The translations under genes and the position numbers were made by a program. 38,737 bases of DNA from a virus. Below the pieces are notes generated by a model, which worked only from the letters and a program-made list of their open reading frames with translations, had not been told where the DNA came from and made no database searches. The stretch is from the IMG/VR virus record IMGVR_UViG_3300029230_000021; one strand, given 5' to 3'. Below, piece by piece: positions 1 to 6,733 of this stretch (its first letter is position 1; every line of letters starts with the position of its first letter).

Positions 1-99
1 CCCTGAATTTCATCCGTCCAGTTCCTGACCTCCGGCCAGTTGGACGCCATCACGCAGAGCGTGGAATAAACGCCTTGCCACATCGAACGGCGGATATCT
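1..99. repeat. Terminal overlap copy 1 (identical to 38639..38737)
   Basis: Read directly: ccctgaatttcatccgtcc...cggcggatatct occurs at both ends. A 99-nt length is typical of a k-mer overlap in a circular contig. Confidence 0.95.
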
Positions 100-422
100 T
101 CTATCTCGGCCTCGGTATATATGTCCGTGGTATACGTCCGCATCCGGCGCTCTACTTCGTCGGCTATGGTCTGAATCTGCTCCTTATTAAATTCAAACTG
201 TTTCATCTTCTTTTCTTCCTCTCTGCTTGATACTCTGGCGCTCTGAGCTTTGAGCACCAGTCGGCTATATTCGCCACTGCCGACGATATGACGCCATGCG
301 ATGGCTTTAGCAGCAATCTTGTCATTGGCTTCTATCTTCTCGGTCTGGCTCCAACCCCGGAATTGCCCGGTTTCGTCGTCGCGCGCATCGAATGATGTGT
401 GCACTGTATAAAGCATTTTCAT
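1..422 (-). CDS. Hypothetical early protein that wraps the contig junction (143 aa in the circle; stop at 38632-38634)
   Basis: ATG at 422 (MKMLYTVHTSFDARDDETGQF...). There is no stop before position 1, and the frame continues into 38638..38632. It is absent from the ORF track because it runs off the edge. Confidence 0.6.
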   Translation of the reverse strand, partial: MKMLYTVHTSFDARDDETGQFRGWSQTEKIEANDKIAAKAIAWRHIVGSGEYSRLVLKAQSARVSSREEEKKMKQFEFNKEQIQTIADEVERRMRTYTTDIYTEAEIEDIRRSMWQGVYSTLCVMASNWPEVRNWTDEIQ

Positions 423-525
423 TTTCTCTTCTCCTTTTCATTTGCCCCGCTCCTGAGTTTGTTTCAAGGCCGGTTCCTGTGCGTTTCCAGCAGTTCACGG
501 GGCTTATAACCTGCCTTTCGGCTTG

Positions 526-744
526 TTACCTCTCAATTTCAAGTGCCTGTGCTATGGCGGTCGCTATCTTTTCATTCTCGCGAGCACCGCACATGAACGC
601 CCGTATGGTGTTGGTGGTATAGCCGGTCATCTTCGCTATGTCCGCGTTAGTCAAACGGCGGATTTTCTTTTGCTCGGCTATCTTGCCTCTGAACAATTCG
701 TATATATCGCTCACCCCCCCTCTGCGTTTTATCAGAGAAAACAT
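526..744 (-). CDS. Cro-like XRE-family HTH regulator (73 aa from ATG 744)
   Basis: HTH core LTNADIAKMTGYTTNTIRAFMCG. It is the first gene of the leftward early operon, opposite the plus-strand lysogeny genes. Confidence 0.75.
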   Translation of the reverse strand: MFSLIKRRGGVSDIYELFRGKIAEQKKIRRLTNADIAKMTGYTTNTIRAFMCGARENEKIATAIAQALEIER

Positions 745-772
745 TGACAATTCGCGGTAAAAGTTGTATTGT
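744..772 (+). promoter_or_regulatory. Sigma-70-like promoter, rightward (TTGACA-17-TATTGT)
   Basis: ttgaca at 744-749, a 17-nt spacer and tattgt at 767-772. It overlaps the cro-like start codon. Confidence 0.45.
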
Positions 773-878
773 GAAAGTGCCAACAGTCCAATACGTTTTT
801 ACAGCTTTTTCGGAAAAATCTTTCCGTTATGGCTTGGTTTTGTATTACCTTTTTTGTCTCTCAATGTTTACAGTTGGT

Positions 879-907
879 ATCTTACATCAAAAATTCGTGT
901 ATGTCAA
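879..907 (-). promoter_or_regulatory. Sigma-70-like promoter, leftward (TTGACA-17-TAAGAT), candidate early promoter for the cro-like operon
   Basis: The reverse complement of 879-907 reads ttgaca tacacgaatttttgatg taagat. Confidence 0.5.
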
Positions 908-942
908 TCGCATTTACACTAATTTTTGATGTTCAGCGCATT

Positions 943-977
943 AAACAAAAATACAGCTCCGCAATTAGCGGAGCTGT
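943..977 (-). terminator. Rho-independent terminator on the minus strand
   Basis: 10-bp stem acagctccgc/gcggagctgt (953-977) with loop aatta. On the minus strand it is followed by atttttgttt. Confidence 0.65.
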
Positions 978-998
978 ACAAAAAGGAGATATATAAAT

Positions 999-1307
999 AT
1001 GGAAAAAGATTTAACTAAAGAATCCCGCGAAGCCTTGAGGAAGCTTTGGGAAGCCTATTCTCAGCGCAGGAAGGACGGAATGAGCAAGCAGTTAGCCGTT
1101 CGTTTCCTTGCGAAAGACTACGCGGACTATCCCGGTTTCGAGACAATCCGCGCAGAGCTGAAGAGTGCAGGATATCTAAAGGTGTTCATTGTCGATGGCG
1201 ATTTTGACCTTACCGACAAGGCGATCATCTTTTTTGAGAACTACGATAAGGAAAACATAGAGAAATGGATTGACCGAGGAATAAGCGCGCTGTCAGGGCT
1301 TTTATAA
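999..1307 (+). CDS. Hypothetical protein, possibly winged-helix (YjcQ-like) DNA binding
   Basis: Strong RBS aaaggag 9 nt upstream of the ATG. The segment AELKSAGYLKVFIVDGDFDLTDKAIIFFENY resembles wHTH phage proteins. The call rests on weak recognition only. Confidence 0.4.
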   Translation: MEKDLTKESREALRKLWEAYSQRRKDGMSKQLAVRFLAKDYADYPGFETIRAELKSAGYLKVFIVDGDFDLTDKAIIFFENYDKENIEKWIDRGISALSGLL

Positions 1308-1550
1308 TCCGAGCTTTTTCATTCGTTCTTCCGTCATCCTTGCGTATTCCTCGATTTTGAGCCGTATTTCCTTTTCGTCTGTCGTAACAGGGAATACTCG
1401 TGTCGGTCGTATGTCCATGCACTTGATATTTACATCTCCCCCGTCCACGTCAAGTGTGAGGCGTTCAAGTCCTCCCCCGAACATTACCCCGTCGATTACG
1501 AAGAAGCTCTCTGCGCCGGTTGATACGAACATGAATTTTGGTAGTGCCAT
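1302..1550 (-). CDS. Hypothetical 82-aa protein, convergent with and overlapping the 999..1307 gene
   Basis: RBS gaaaggag before ATG 1550. The two stop codons share the hexamer ttataa at 1302-1307. No recognisable domain. Confidence 0.5.
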   Translation of the reverse strand: MALPKFMFVSTGAESFFVIDGVMFGGGLERLTLDVDGGDVNIKCMDIRPTRVFPVTTDEKEIRLKIEEYARMTEERMKKLGL

Positions 1551-1627
1551 TTTTGTTCTCCTTTCAATTTATATTCTGGTATAGCTATGTTTGCATTAAA
1601 ATTTCGCGTGTGTCAAGGAGTCTTGTC

Positions 1628-1957
1628 ATGTTTTATGAAAACCTGCTAAAGCTGTGCAGCTCGCATGGCGTAAAAGTTACGAATGTCGTTACTGAATTAG
1701 GATGCAGTCAAGGAAGTATGTCGCATTGGAAAAGAGGCGGCACGCCCAATGCGGCTACACTAAAAAAATTCGCTGATTATTTCGACGTGTCAACAGATGA
1801 CCTAATCAACGGCGTTGAAGGTGCCAACAGCACCGTTACAGCTTCGGATACGGAAATTTCAGCAGAAAAGCGGGAAATGATTAACTTGATTTTAGCGTTG
1901 CCGGATGACAAAGTAAAAGCTCTTTATCAGATAGCAGTTCAAGCGCTCGCTCTGTGA
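1628..1957 (+). CDS. XRE-family HTH repressor candidate (CI-like, 109 aa)
   Basis: RBS aaggag 8 nt before ATG 1628. HTH VVTELGCSQGSMSHWKRGGTPNAATLKKFADYFDVSTDDLI. Confidence 0.75.
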   Translation: MFYENLLKLCSSHGVKVTNVVTELGCSQGSMSHWKRGGTPNAATLKKFADYFDVSTDDLINGVEGANSTVTASDTEISAEKREMINLILALPDDKVKALYQIAVQALAL

Positions 1958-2142
1958 ACCATTTGAATTGTTCGGCATTCATCTCGCATATCATGTTTAT
2001 TAGTTCTTCTCGCTTCTTCTCCACTTTTTTCTTCTCCTTATATTATTTTCGACAAATTTCACTTGATTTTGGCAAAACAAAGTGTTAACATTTAAGCAGC
2101 GTAACAATTTATTCACATTATATAATGAAAAGGGGTAATGTC

Positions 2143-2682
2143 ATGGTAAAAAGACTGCTAACGTGTCTACTCGCATTTTCTCTTGTTCTCACGCTCTGTG
2201 CCTGTGGCGGCGTAGCCGCGTCAAGCGCGGCGGGGAGCACCAATCCCACCAACAATGCTCCGGCACCTGAACCTGAACCGTCCGCAGCTCCCGCCGCTAC
2301 GGTTTCAGATGAGTGCTCTGCTCTCGGTTACACCGTGAAAATCGTCGCCGCGCATAAAACTTACGGCTCTGACGGTGATTTGCAAGTTGCTGTCGAGGTC
2401 GAGTTTACGAACGATAACACAGACCCCATAGACTTCATGGGAGCTGCGCAGATAACCGTGTTCCAAAATGGTGTGCAGCAGGAAAAGAGCGAAATGTATT
2501 TAGGCGATGGCTACGATTGGGATTCATATTACCGTCAGATTAAAGACGGTGCTACTATTAGTGTTTTCGAAGCGTTTCCACTATCCAGTGAAACAGACCC
2601 GGTCGAGGTCAACGTTGAAATCATCGACTATAATAAATGGGAAACTGCCGCGAGCGCAACTGCCGTTATTGATTTGACTTAA
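2143..2682 (+). CDS. Prophage lipoprotein (Ig-like/DUF4352-like beta domain), superinfection-exclusion candidate
   Basis: Signal peptide plus lipobox MVKRLLTCLLAFSLVLTLCACGG, an Ala/Pro-rich linker and a beta-rich domain. The ATG at 2143 has the better RBS; the ORF track starts at 2125. Confidence 0.7.
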   Translation: MVKRLLTCLLAFSLVLTLCACGGVAASSAAGSTNPTNNAPAPEPEPSAAPAATVSDECSALGYTVKIVAAHKTYGSDGDLQVAVEVEFTNDNTDPIDFMGAAQITVFQNGVQQEKSEMYLGDGYDWDSYYRQIKDGATISVFEAFPLSSETDPVEVNVEIIDYNKWETAASATAVIDLT

Positions 2683-2853
2683 TGCAAGCGCCCCGGCATT
2701 GGCGGCAACCTCTGCCGGGGCTGTAACAGATACCTTGTAAACCGACTTATCTGCTACGCTTTTATAGTAGCAGACCCAGCGAAAAATATCTATACGGCTA
2801 AGTAGTTGAAATAGCTTTATATTTTGTGAAAAATTTTTGAGGAGATGTAAAAA

Positions 2854-3399
2854 GTGTCTGCTATTCAGGAATTGCAGCCGTATTGTGACGCTTTTCAAGG
2901 TCGAATACGTGAAGCAAAGGATAGTAAAGGTTACACACTGCAAAGGCTGATCGACGAATCCGGCGTACCGAAATCGGCGGTAAACAATATCAGCGCCGGG
3001 AAACAGGTCAATCCCTTGCTGTACAACGCCGCCGCGCTGTGCAAGGTGCTTGACCTGTCGCTGGATGATTTGTTCGGGCTTGAGAAGCCCGTTGACAGTC
3101 CGGAGGGGCAGCAACAACGCATTCATGAGCTGGAAATCGACAACACCCGGCTCACCGCCGTTGATGAGCAAAAGGATAAACGGCTCGAAACCGCCCGTAT
3201 TATTGTCGGCGTTCTCGCTGCCGTGTCCACGCTGCTGCTCTTGGCGGTCATAGGTTACATGATTATCGACGCGCACATCCTCAGCGATGGTCTTTTCCGT
3301 TCTACGGGAGTATCCGTGTTCTTCGTTTTCCTTGTGCTACTTGTTATTGCGGCGCTTGCCGCCATCGGCTACGCCCTGCGGTTTTTGTTCAGAAAATAA
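2854..3399 (+). CDS. Membrane-anchored XRE-family HTH regulator (HTH + coiled coil + 2 TM helices)
   Basis: HTH YTLQRLIDESGVPKSAVNNISAGKQVNP. C-terminal hydrophobic helices IIVGVLAAVSTLLLLAVIGYMII and VFFVFLVLLVIAALAAIGYAL. Confidence 0.7.
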   Translation: MSAIQELQPYCDAFQGRIREAKDSKGYTLQRLIDESGVPKSAVNNISAGKQVNPLLYNAAALCKVLDLSLDDLFGLEKPVDSPEGQQQRIHELEIDNTRLTAVDEQKDKRLETARIIVGVLAAVSTLLLLAVIGYMIIDAHILSDGLFRSTGVSVFFVFLVLLVIAALAAIGYALRFLFRK

Positions 3400-3447
3400 A
3401 AATAGCCCCCAGTCGTTAGACCGGGGGCGTTGTTATAGGGTGATGTT

Positions 3448-4584
3448 ATGCAATGCCGAAAATGTAGAGAAGAGATCCCCGACATAAGCAAATACTGTAT
3501 GTTTTGCGGCGCAAAGCAGCAGTCGGAGCCGCGCACGGTAAAGAGCCGGGGAAACGGTATGGGCACGGTCTACAGGCGCGGAAAGACGTGGACGGCAAAG
3601 GTGACAATAGACTACGCGGCCGGGAGTGATGGTGTGTCGCGCCCCGTCTCGCGCACTAAGGGCGGCTTTAAGACAAAGAAAGAAGCGGTGAACTATTTAC
3701 CCGTCCTGAAGCTCGCGCCGCGTGAGAAGCCCAAACAGGCGACGTTCAAGCAAATCTATGAGGCGTGGCAGCCGACGCACCGCGCCGGGAAGTCTACGAT
3801 GGATTGTTACAAGGCAGCATATAAATATTTCGCGCCGGTCTATCGGCTCTATATCTCGGATATAGACATTGACGATCTGCAAGACTGCCTCGACGAATGC
3901 AACAAAGGGCGGCGCACAAAAGAGAACATGAAAGCCCTATGCGGCTTGCTCTATAAATTTGCCATCCCCCGGCACTACGTCACACTTAACATGGGGCAGT
4001 ACCTCACCGTGAGCGGCGACAGCGGCACGAAAAACGCGCTGCCGGATGATGCTATACCAAAGCTTGAGAAGCACGTAGACGGCGTTTTTGGCGCGTCTAT
4101 CGTGCTGTGCCAATGTTACCTTGGCTTTCGTCCTGCCGAGTTTGTAGCGCTCGACGCGGCGAATTACAACAGCAAAGAGCGGGCATTTATCGGCGGCGCT
4201 AAAACGGAGGCCGGGACGGATCGCACTGTCACCGTCTCCCCGAAGATTCAGAAATACATTGACAAGGCCATGCAGGGCAAAACCAGCGGTGCGGTGTTCA
4301 CCGATGAGGACGGGAAGCCGTTCACGACCTCACGATATCGGGACCTGTTTTATTCAGTGCTTGAGAAGTGCGGCATAGATAATCCCATCGTCGAGCGCGA
4401 CGGGAAGAAATTTTACACCTATACTCCGCACAGCTGCCGTCACACATTCGCAACGCTTATGAAACGTGTCGACGGAGCGGATCGTGACAAGCTCGCCCTC
4501 ATCGGCCACACAAGTGATGAAATGCTGCGGCATTATCAGGACGTAAACTACGCGGATTTGAGGAAGATAACAGATGCACTATGA
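3448..4584 (+). CDS. int: Tyrosine recombinase/integrase with N-terminal zinc ribbon
   Basis: N-terminus CRKC...CMFCG. Catalytic-region motifs GFRPAE, HSCRHTFATLM and LIGHTSDEMLRHY. Sits adjacent to attP. Confidence 0.9.
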   Translation: MQCRKCREEIPDISKYCMFCGAKQQSEPRTVKSRGNGMGTVYRRGKTWTAKVTIDYAAGSDGVSRPVSRTKGGFKTKKEAVNYLPVLKLAPREKPKQATFKQIYEAWQPTHRAGKSTMDCYKAAYKYFAPVYRLYISDIDIDDLQDCLDECNKGRRTKENMKALCGLLYKFAIPRHYVTLNMGQYLTVSGDSGTKNALPDDAIPKLEKHVDGVFGASIVLCQCYLGFRPAEFVALDAANYNSKERAFIGGAKTEAGTDRTVTVSPKIQKYIDKAMQGKTSGAVFTDEDGKPFTTSRYRDLFYSVLEKCGIDNPIVERDGKKFYTYTPHSCRHTFATLMKRVDGADRDKLALIGHTSDEMLRHYQDVNYADLRKITDAL

Positions 4585-4585
4585 T

Positions 4586-4671
4586 GTTGATAACGGCGTT
4601 GATAGTTTTTCTTGAATAGGCTCTTGAAGAGCCATATTTTGATGCCTTTCTATTATCAACCTACTATCAAC
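4586..4671. repeat. attP left arm: GTTGATA/TATCAAC heptamer sites and the GGCTCTT-g-AAGAGCC palindrome (candidate integrase/accessory binding sites)
   Basis: gttgata at 4586 and 4598. tatcaac at 4654 and 4665. Palindrome at 4618-4632. Confidence 0.5.
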
Positions 4672-4723
4672 AAAAGCCCGCAAACCGTTGAAAATAGGTG
4701 CATTTTTCGTGAATGGCATTCAA

Positions 4724-4757
4724 GAGGTCAGCGGTTCGATCCCGCTTATCTCCACCA
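4724..4757 (+). other. attP core: copy of the variable-loop/T-arm/acceptor/CCA 3' end of a tRNA-Ala-type (G3:U70) gene
   Basis: gaggtc-agcgg-ttcgatc-ccgct-tatctcc-acca. The T-arm folds, and the acceptor 3' strand has U at position 70. No matching 5' half lies upstream. Confidence 0.7.
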
Positions 4758-4762
4758 AAAAT

Positions 4763-4806
4763 GACAGGATTTACGAAGTTTTTCGCGAATCCTGTCACTT
4801 TTTTAT
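4763..4806 (+). terminator. Rho-independent terminator that would replace the host tRNA terminator after integration
   Basis: Stem gacaggatt/aatcctgtc followed by acttttttatt. Confidence 0.7.
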
Positions 4807-4855
4807 TCCGTTCCGTTCTTATCCGTTCCGTTCTATTATCAACGTATTATTAACA
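4807..4855. repeat. attP right arm: direct repeat tccgttccgttct x2 plus a third-arm copy of tctattatcaac
   Basis: 13-mer at 4807-4819 and 4822-4834. ttctattatcaac at 4831-4843 repeats 4649-4660. Confidence 0.55.
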
Positions 4856-4867
4856 CAAATTCGGCAA

Positions 4868-4890
4868 AGGCCGGGGATTGTCCCCGGCCT
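4868..4890 (-). terminator. Hairpin terminator ending the accessory island operon
   Basis: aggccgggga-ttg-tccccggcct lies 6 nt after the stop of the 4896..5444 gene. Confidence 0.5.
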
Positions 4891-4895
4891 CCGGC

Positions 4896-5444
4896 TTAGT
4901 CTACGACGCACTCATAATATCTTATGAGCTTATCGTCTGCTGCGTCCTTGTCGCAGAGGAACGCTTCGGCAAGATCGGCGTAGAACTCTGTGTTGTTGAC
5001 GTTGAATTTCTTTGCAACCTTGAAATAGTCAGAGTATAGCATATTCATTGCAACATAGAACTCTATCGGATCGCAGTCGTATTTCTTCTGACTAAGAAGA
5101 TTTGACGTCTGATCGTAGCTCCAATGTGCGCCCCTGCTGCCGTCCTCATTTTCAAGGTCGTGCATCCATTCATCCGCCATCTCGCGGCTCATGCCGTTGT
5201 ACATACTGCCGCCGCCATAACCGCGCTCATAGTCCCCGCCATAGCTCGCCGGATCACCCATACGCGGCGCATCGTAGTCAAAGCCTATTCTGCGGCGCTC
5301 ATAATAGTCATCCCGGTAGTTGTCGCGGTATTCATTGCGCGGCGCGTAGCGGCCATTGTCGTAATGCTCGCGCCCCCGGCGGTCACGGTATTTGTCCTGC
5401 GGCTGATAGTCGCGGATTCTCATTATACGGTCGGTTCTGCTCAT
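4896..5444 (-). CDS. Orphan protein F: Arg/Asp/Tyr-rich low-complexity N-terminus plus globular C-terminal domain
   Basis: YRDRRGREHYDNGRYAPRNEYRDNYRDDYYERRR, then ADEWMHDLENEDGSRGAHWSYDQT... The ATG overlaps the stop of the upstream gene (ATGA), and a GGAGGTG RBS lies inside that gene. Confidence 0.6.
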   Translation of the reverse strand: MSRTDRIMRIRDYQPQDKYRDRRGREHYDNGRYAPRNEYRDNYRDDYYERRRIGFDYDAPRMGDPASYGGDYERGYGGGSMYNGMSREMADEWMHDLENEDGSRGAHWSYDQTSNLLSQKKYDCDPIEFYVAMNMLYSDYFKVAKKFNVNNTEFYADLAEAFLCDKDAADDKLIRYYECVVD

Positions 5445-5833
5445 GCTGTCGCACCTCCTGTTGCCGCGTTAACTGCGGTAAGATTGTTGCTCGGAGAGCA
5501 GCATGGGTTTCCGATCATGCGGAACGTCGCGCCCGTTGAGTTCGTGACAACGATGGTGCTGTACTTCGTCCGCGTCCGCACTCCGCACGCTGTCACCTGT
5601 GCGCAGCAGCGGTTTGTCAGCGGAAATTGAGTTGTCCCCGTGCCGATGGTGAACACGACCGGCGCGTTGATCGTCGCCGTCGCGGGTATGGTTTGTGCCA
5701 ACACGATACAGTATTTCCCGCCGTTGGTATAGCTGCCGTCCGGGAGGTTGACAACTACGTTGCCATCGGCAAACGTTATCGCTTGGCTGAGTATCAGCTT
5801 TGGGCAAAGCTGACATACGGGTTTACATGACAT
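5441..5833 (-). CDS. Orphan protein E: Cys-rich beta-rich 130-aa protein
   Basis: MSCKPVCQLCPK..., RCCAQVTACG, NPCCSPS: 10 Cys overall. RBS aaaggag. Confidence 0.6.
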   Translation of the reverse strand: MSCKPVCQLCPKLILSQAITFADGNVVVNLPDGSYTNGGKYCIVLAQTIPATATINAPVVFTIGTGTTQFPLTNRCCAQVTACGVRTRTKYSTIVVTNSTGATFRMIGNPCCSPSNNLTAVNAATGGATA

Positions 5834-5883
5834 AGTAATCTCCTTTCAAGGGCGGGTTATCCCCGCCCCGATATCAGTTTTGC

Positions 5884-6639
5884 TTAATAGTTGCCGCAGC
5901 CGCCGCAGCCGCCGCAACCGTTCGCGCCATACGAATAGGGGTTCTGCACCTGATACGCCGGTATGGGTGCAGGGCGCAGAGTGTTGACAAGGTAGTTATT
6001 CTGCGCCGCCTGAGACGCCGCAAGCTTCAGTGTGGAGTTCTCCGCCTCAAGATCGCGCAGTCTGCTGTTAGTCAGGAAGTCAAGGACAGCTCTGGTTCCC
6101 GCGTTCTGACTGTCTATGATGTCGCGAGCTGCTACCTGCACGGTGTTACGGGTGTCGCAAGCCTGTGTAGCCATATCGTAGCGCACCTGCGCAATAGCCG
6201 CGCGGTTCTCACAGCAACATTCCTGTGCCTGCATCTGCATCGCGTTGAGCTGCTGCATGAGTGCCGCCTGCTGGTTACACCTTGCAAGCTCCGCCGCAGA
6301 AAAGCCGCCTGTGACCGCCTGAGTGACCCCTGCAAAGCCGTTGAGCATACCGGTATTCATCGCGTAGAAGCCGTCACAGATGCCGTTGTTTACACCGTCG
6401 AGTTTGCGCTCAAGGTTCGCAAAATCCGACGTGAGAACATACCCGGCCATCGCCGCGCCTGTACCAGTCGAACCGCCGTCACCGGCTCCATTGCCAGCGC
6501 CATAGCCGCCGCGCCCCCAGCCGAAGATCAGGGCAAAGATGATGATAGCCCACCATCCGTCACCGCCGAACATTCCGCCGCGATTAGAATTACCGTCGCC
6601 CTGCCCGGCGAGGAATCCGCTTATAAAATCGTCTGCCAT
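5884..6639 (-). CDS. Orphan protein D: Gly-rich N-terminus, one TM helix, coiled-coil region with a CCC triplet, C-terminal CGGCGGCGNY
   Basis: GGDGWWAIIIFALIFGWGRGGYG (TM helix), QAQECCCENRAAIAQVRYDMA, tail ANGCGGCGGCGNY. Confidence 0.6.
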   Translation of the reverse strand: MADDFISGFLAGQGDGNSNRGGMFGGDGWWAIIIFALIFGWGRGGYGAGNGAGDGGSTGTGAAMAGYVLTSDFANLERKLDGVNNGICDGFYAMNTGMLNGFAGVTQAVTGGFSAAELARCNQQAALMQQLNAMQMQAQECCCENRAAIAQVRYDMATQACDTRNTVQVAARDIIDSQNAGTRAVLDFLTNSRLRDLEAENSTLKLAASQAAQNNYLVNTLRPAPIPAYQVQNPYSYGANGCGGCGGCGNY

Positions 6640-6647
6640 AAAAAATC

Positions 6648-6733
6648 TCCTATCAGTTTATTTACACACGGGTCGCGCGCCCCGTCTGCATTTGTCGGGG
6701 CAGTTTTTATCAAGACCTGCAAAACTGATAGGA
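6648..6733 (-). promoter_or_regulatory. Long-range RNA stem that can sequester the RBS of protein D
   Basis: tcctatcagttt (6648-6659) is the exact reverse complement of aaactgatagga (6722-6733). On the mRNA the arm transcribed from 6648-6659, the one proximal to the start codon, contains the AGGAG Shine-Dalgarno. An inner hairpin gccccg/cggggc is also present. Confidence 0.45.

Noticed and set aside
1960-2040. 47-aa minus-strand ORF (GTG after AAGGAG) overlapping the 3' end of the CI-like gene
   Set aside because: It is plausible-looking (KREELINMICEMNAEQFKWFTERALELL). However, it is short, is wholly antisense to a better-supported gene over half its length, and I have no independent support for it. 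I did not list it as a feature.
4724-4757. attP core interpreted as the 3' end of tmRNA (ssrA) rather than tRNA-Ala
   Set aside because: This is not fully excluded, because both end in UCCACCA with U70. However, the stretch gaggtcagcggttcgatcccgct matches what I remember of Firmicute tRNA-Ala (variable loop plus T-arm) better than the tmRNA 3' domain. I kept tRNA-Ala-type as the primary call.
4688-4927. 79-aa plus-strand ORF spanning the attP core and terminators
   Set aside because: It covers the tRNA-like core, a terminator hairpin and the arm repeats. It has no RBS and starts on a non-ATG codon.
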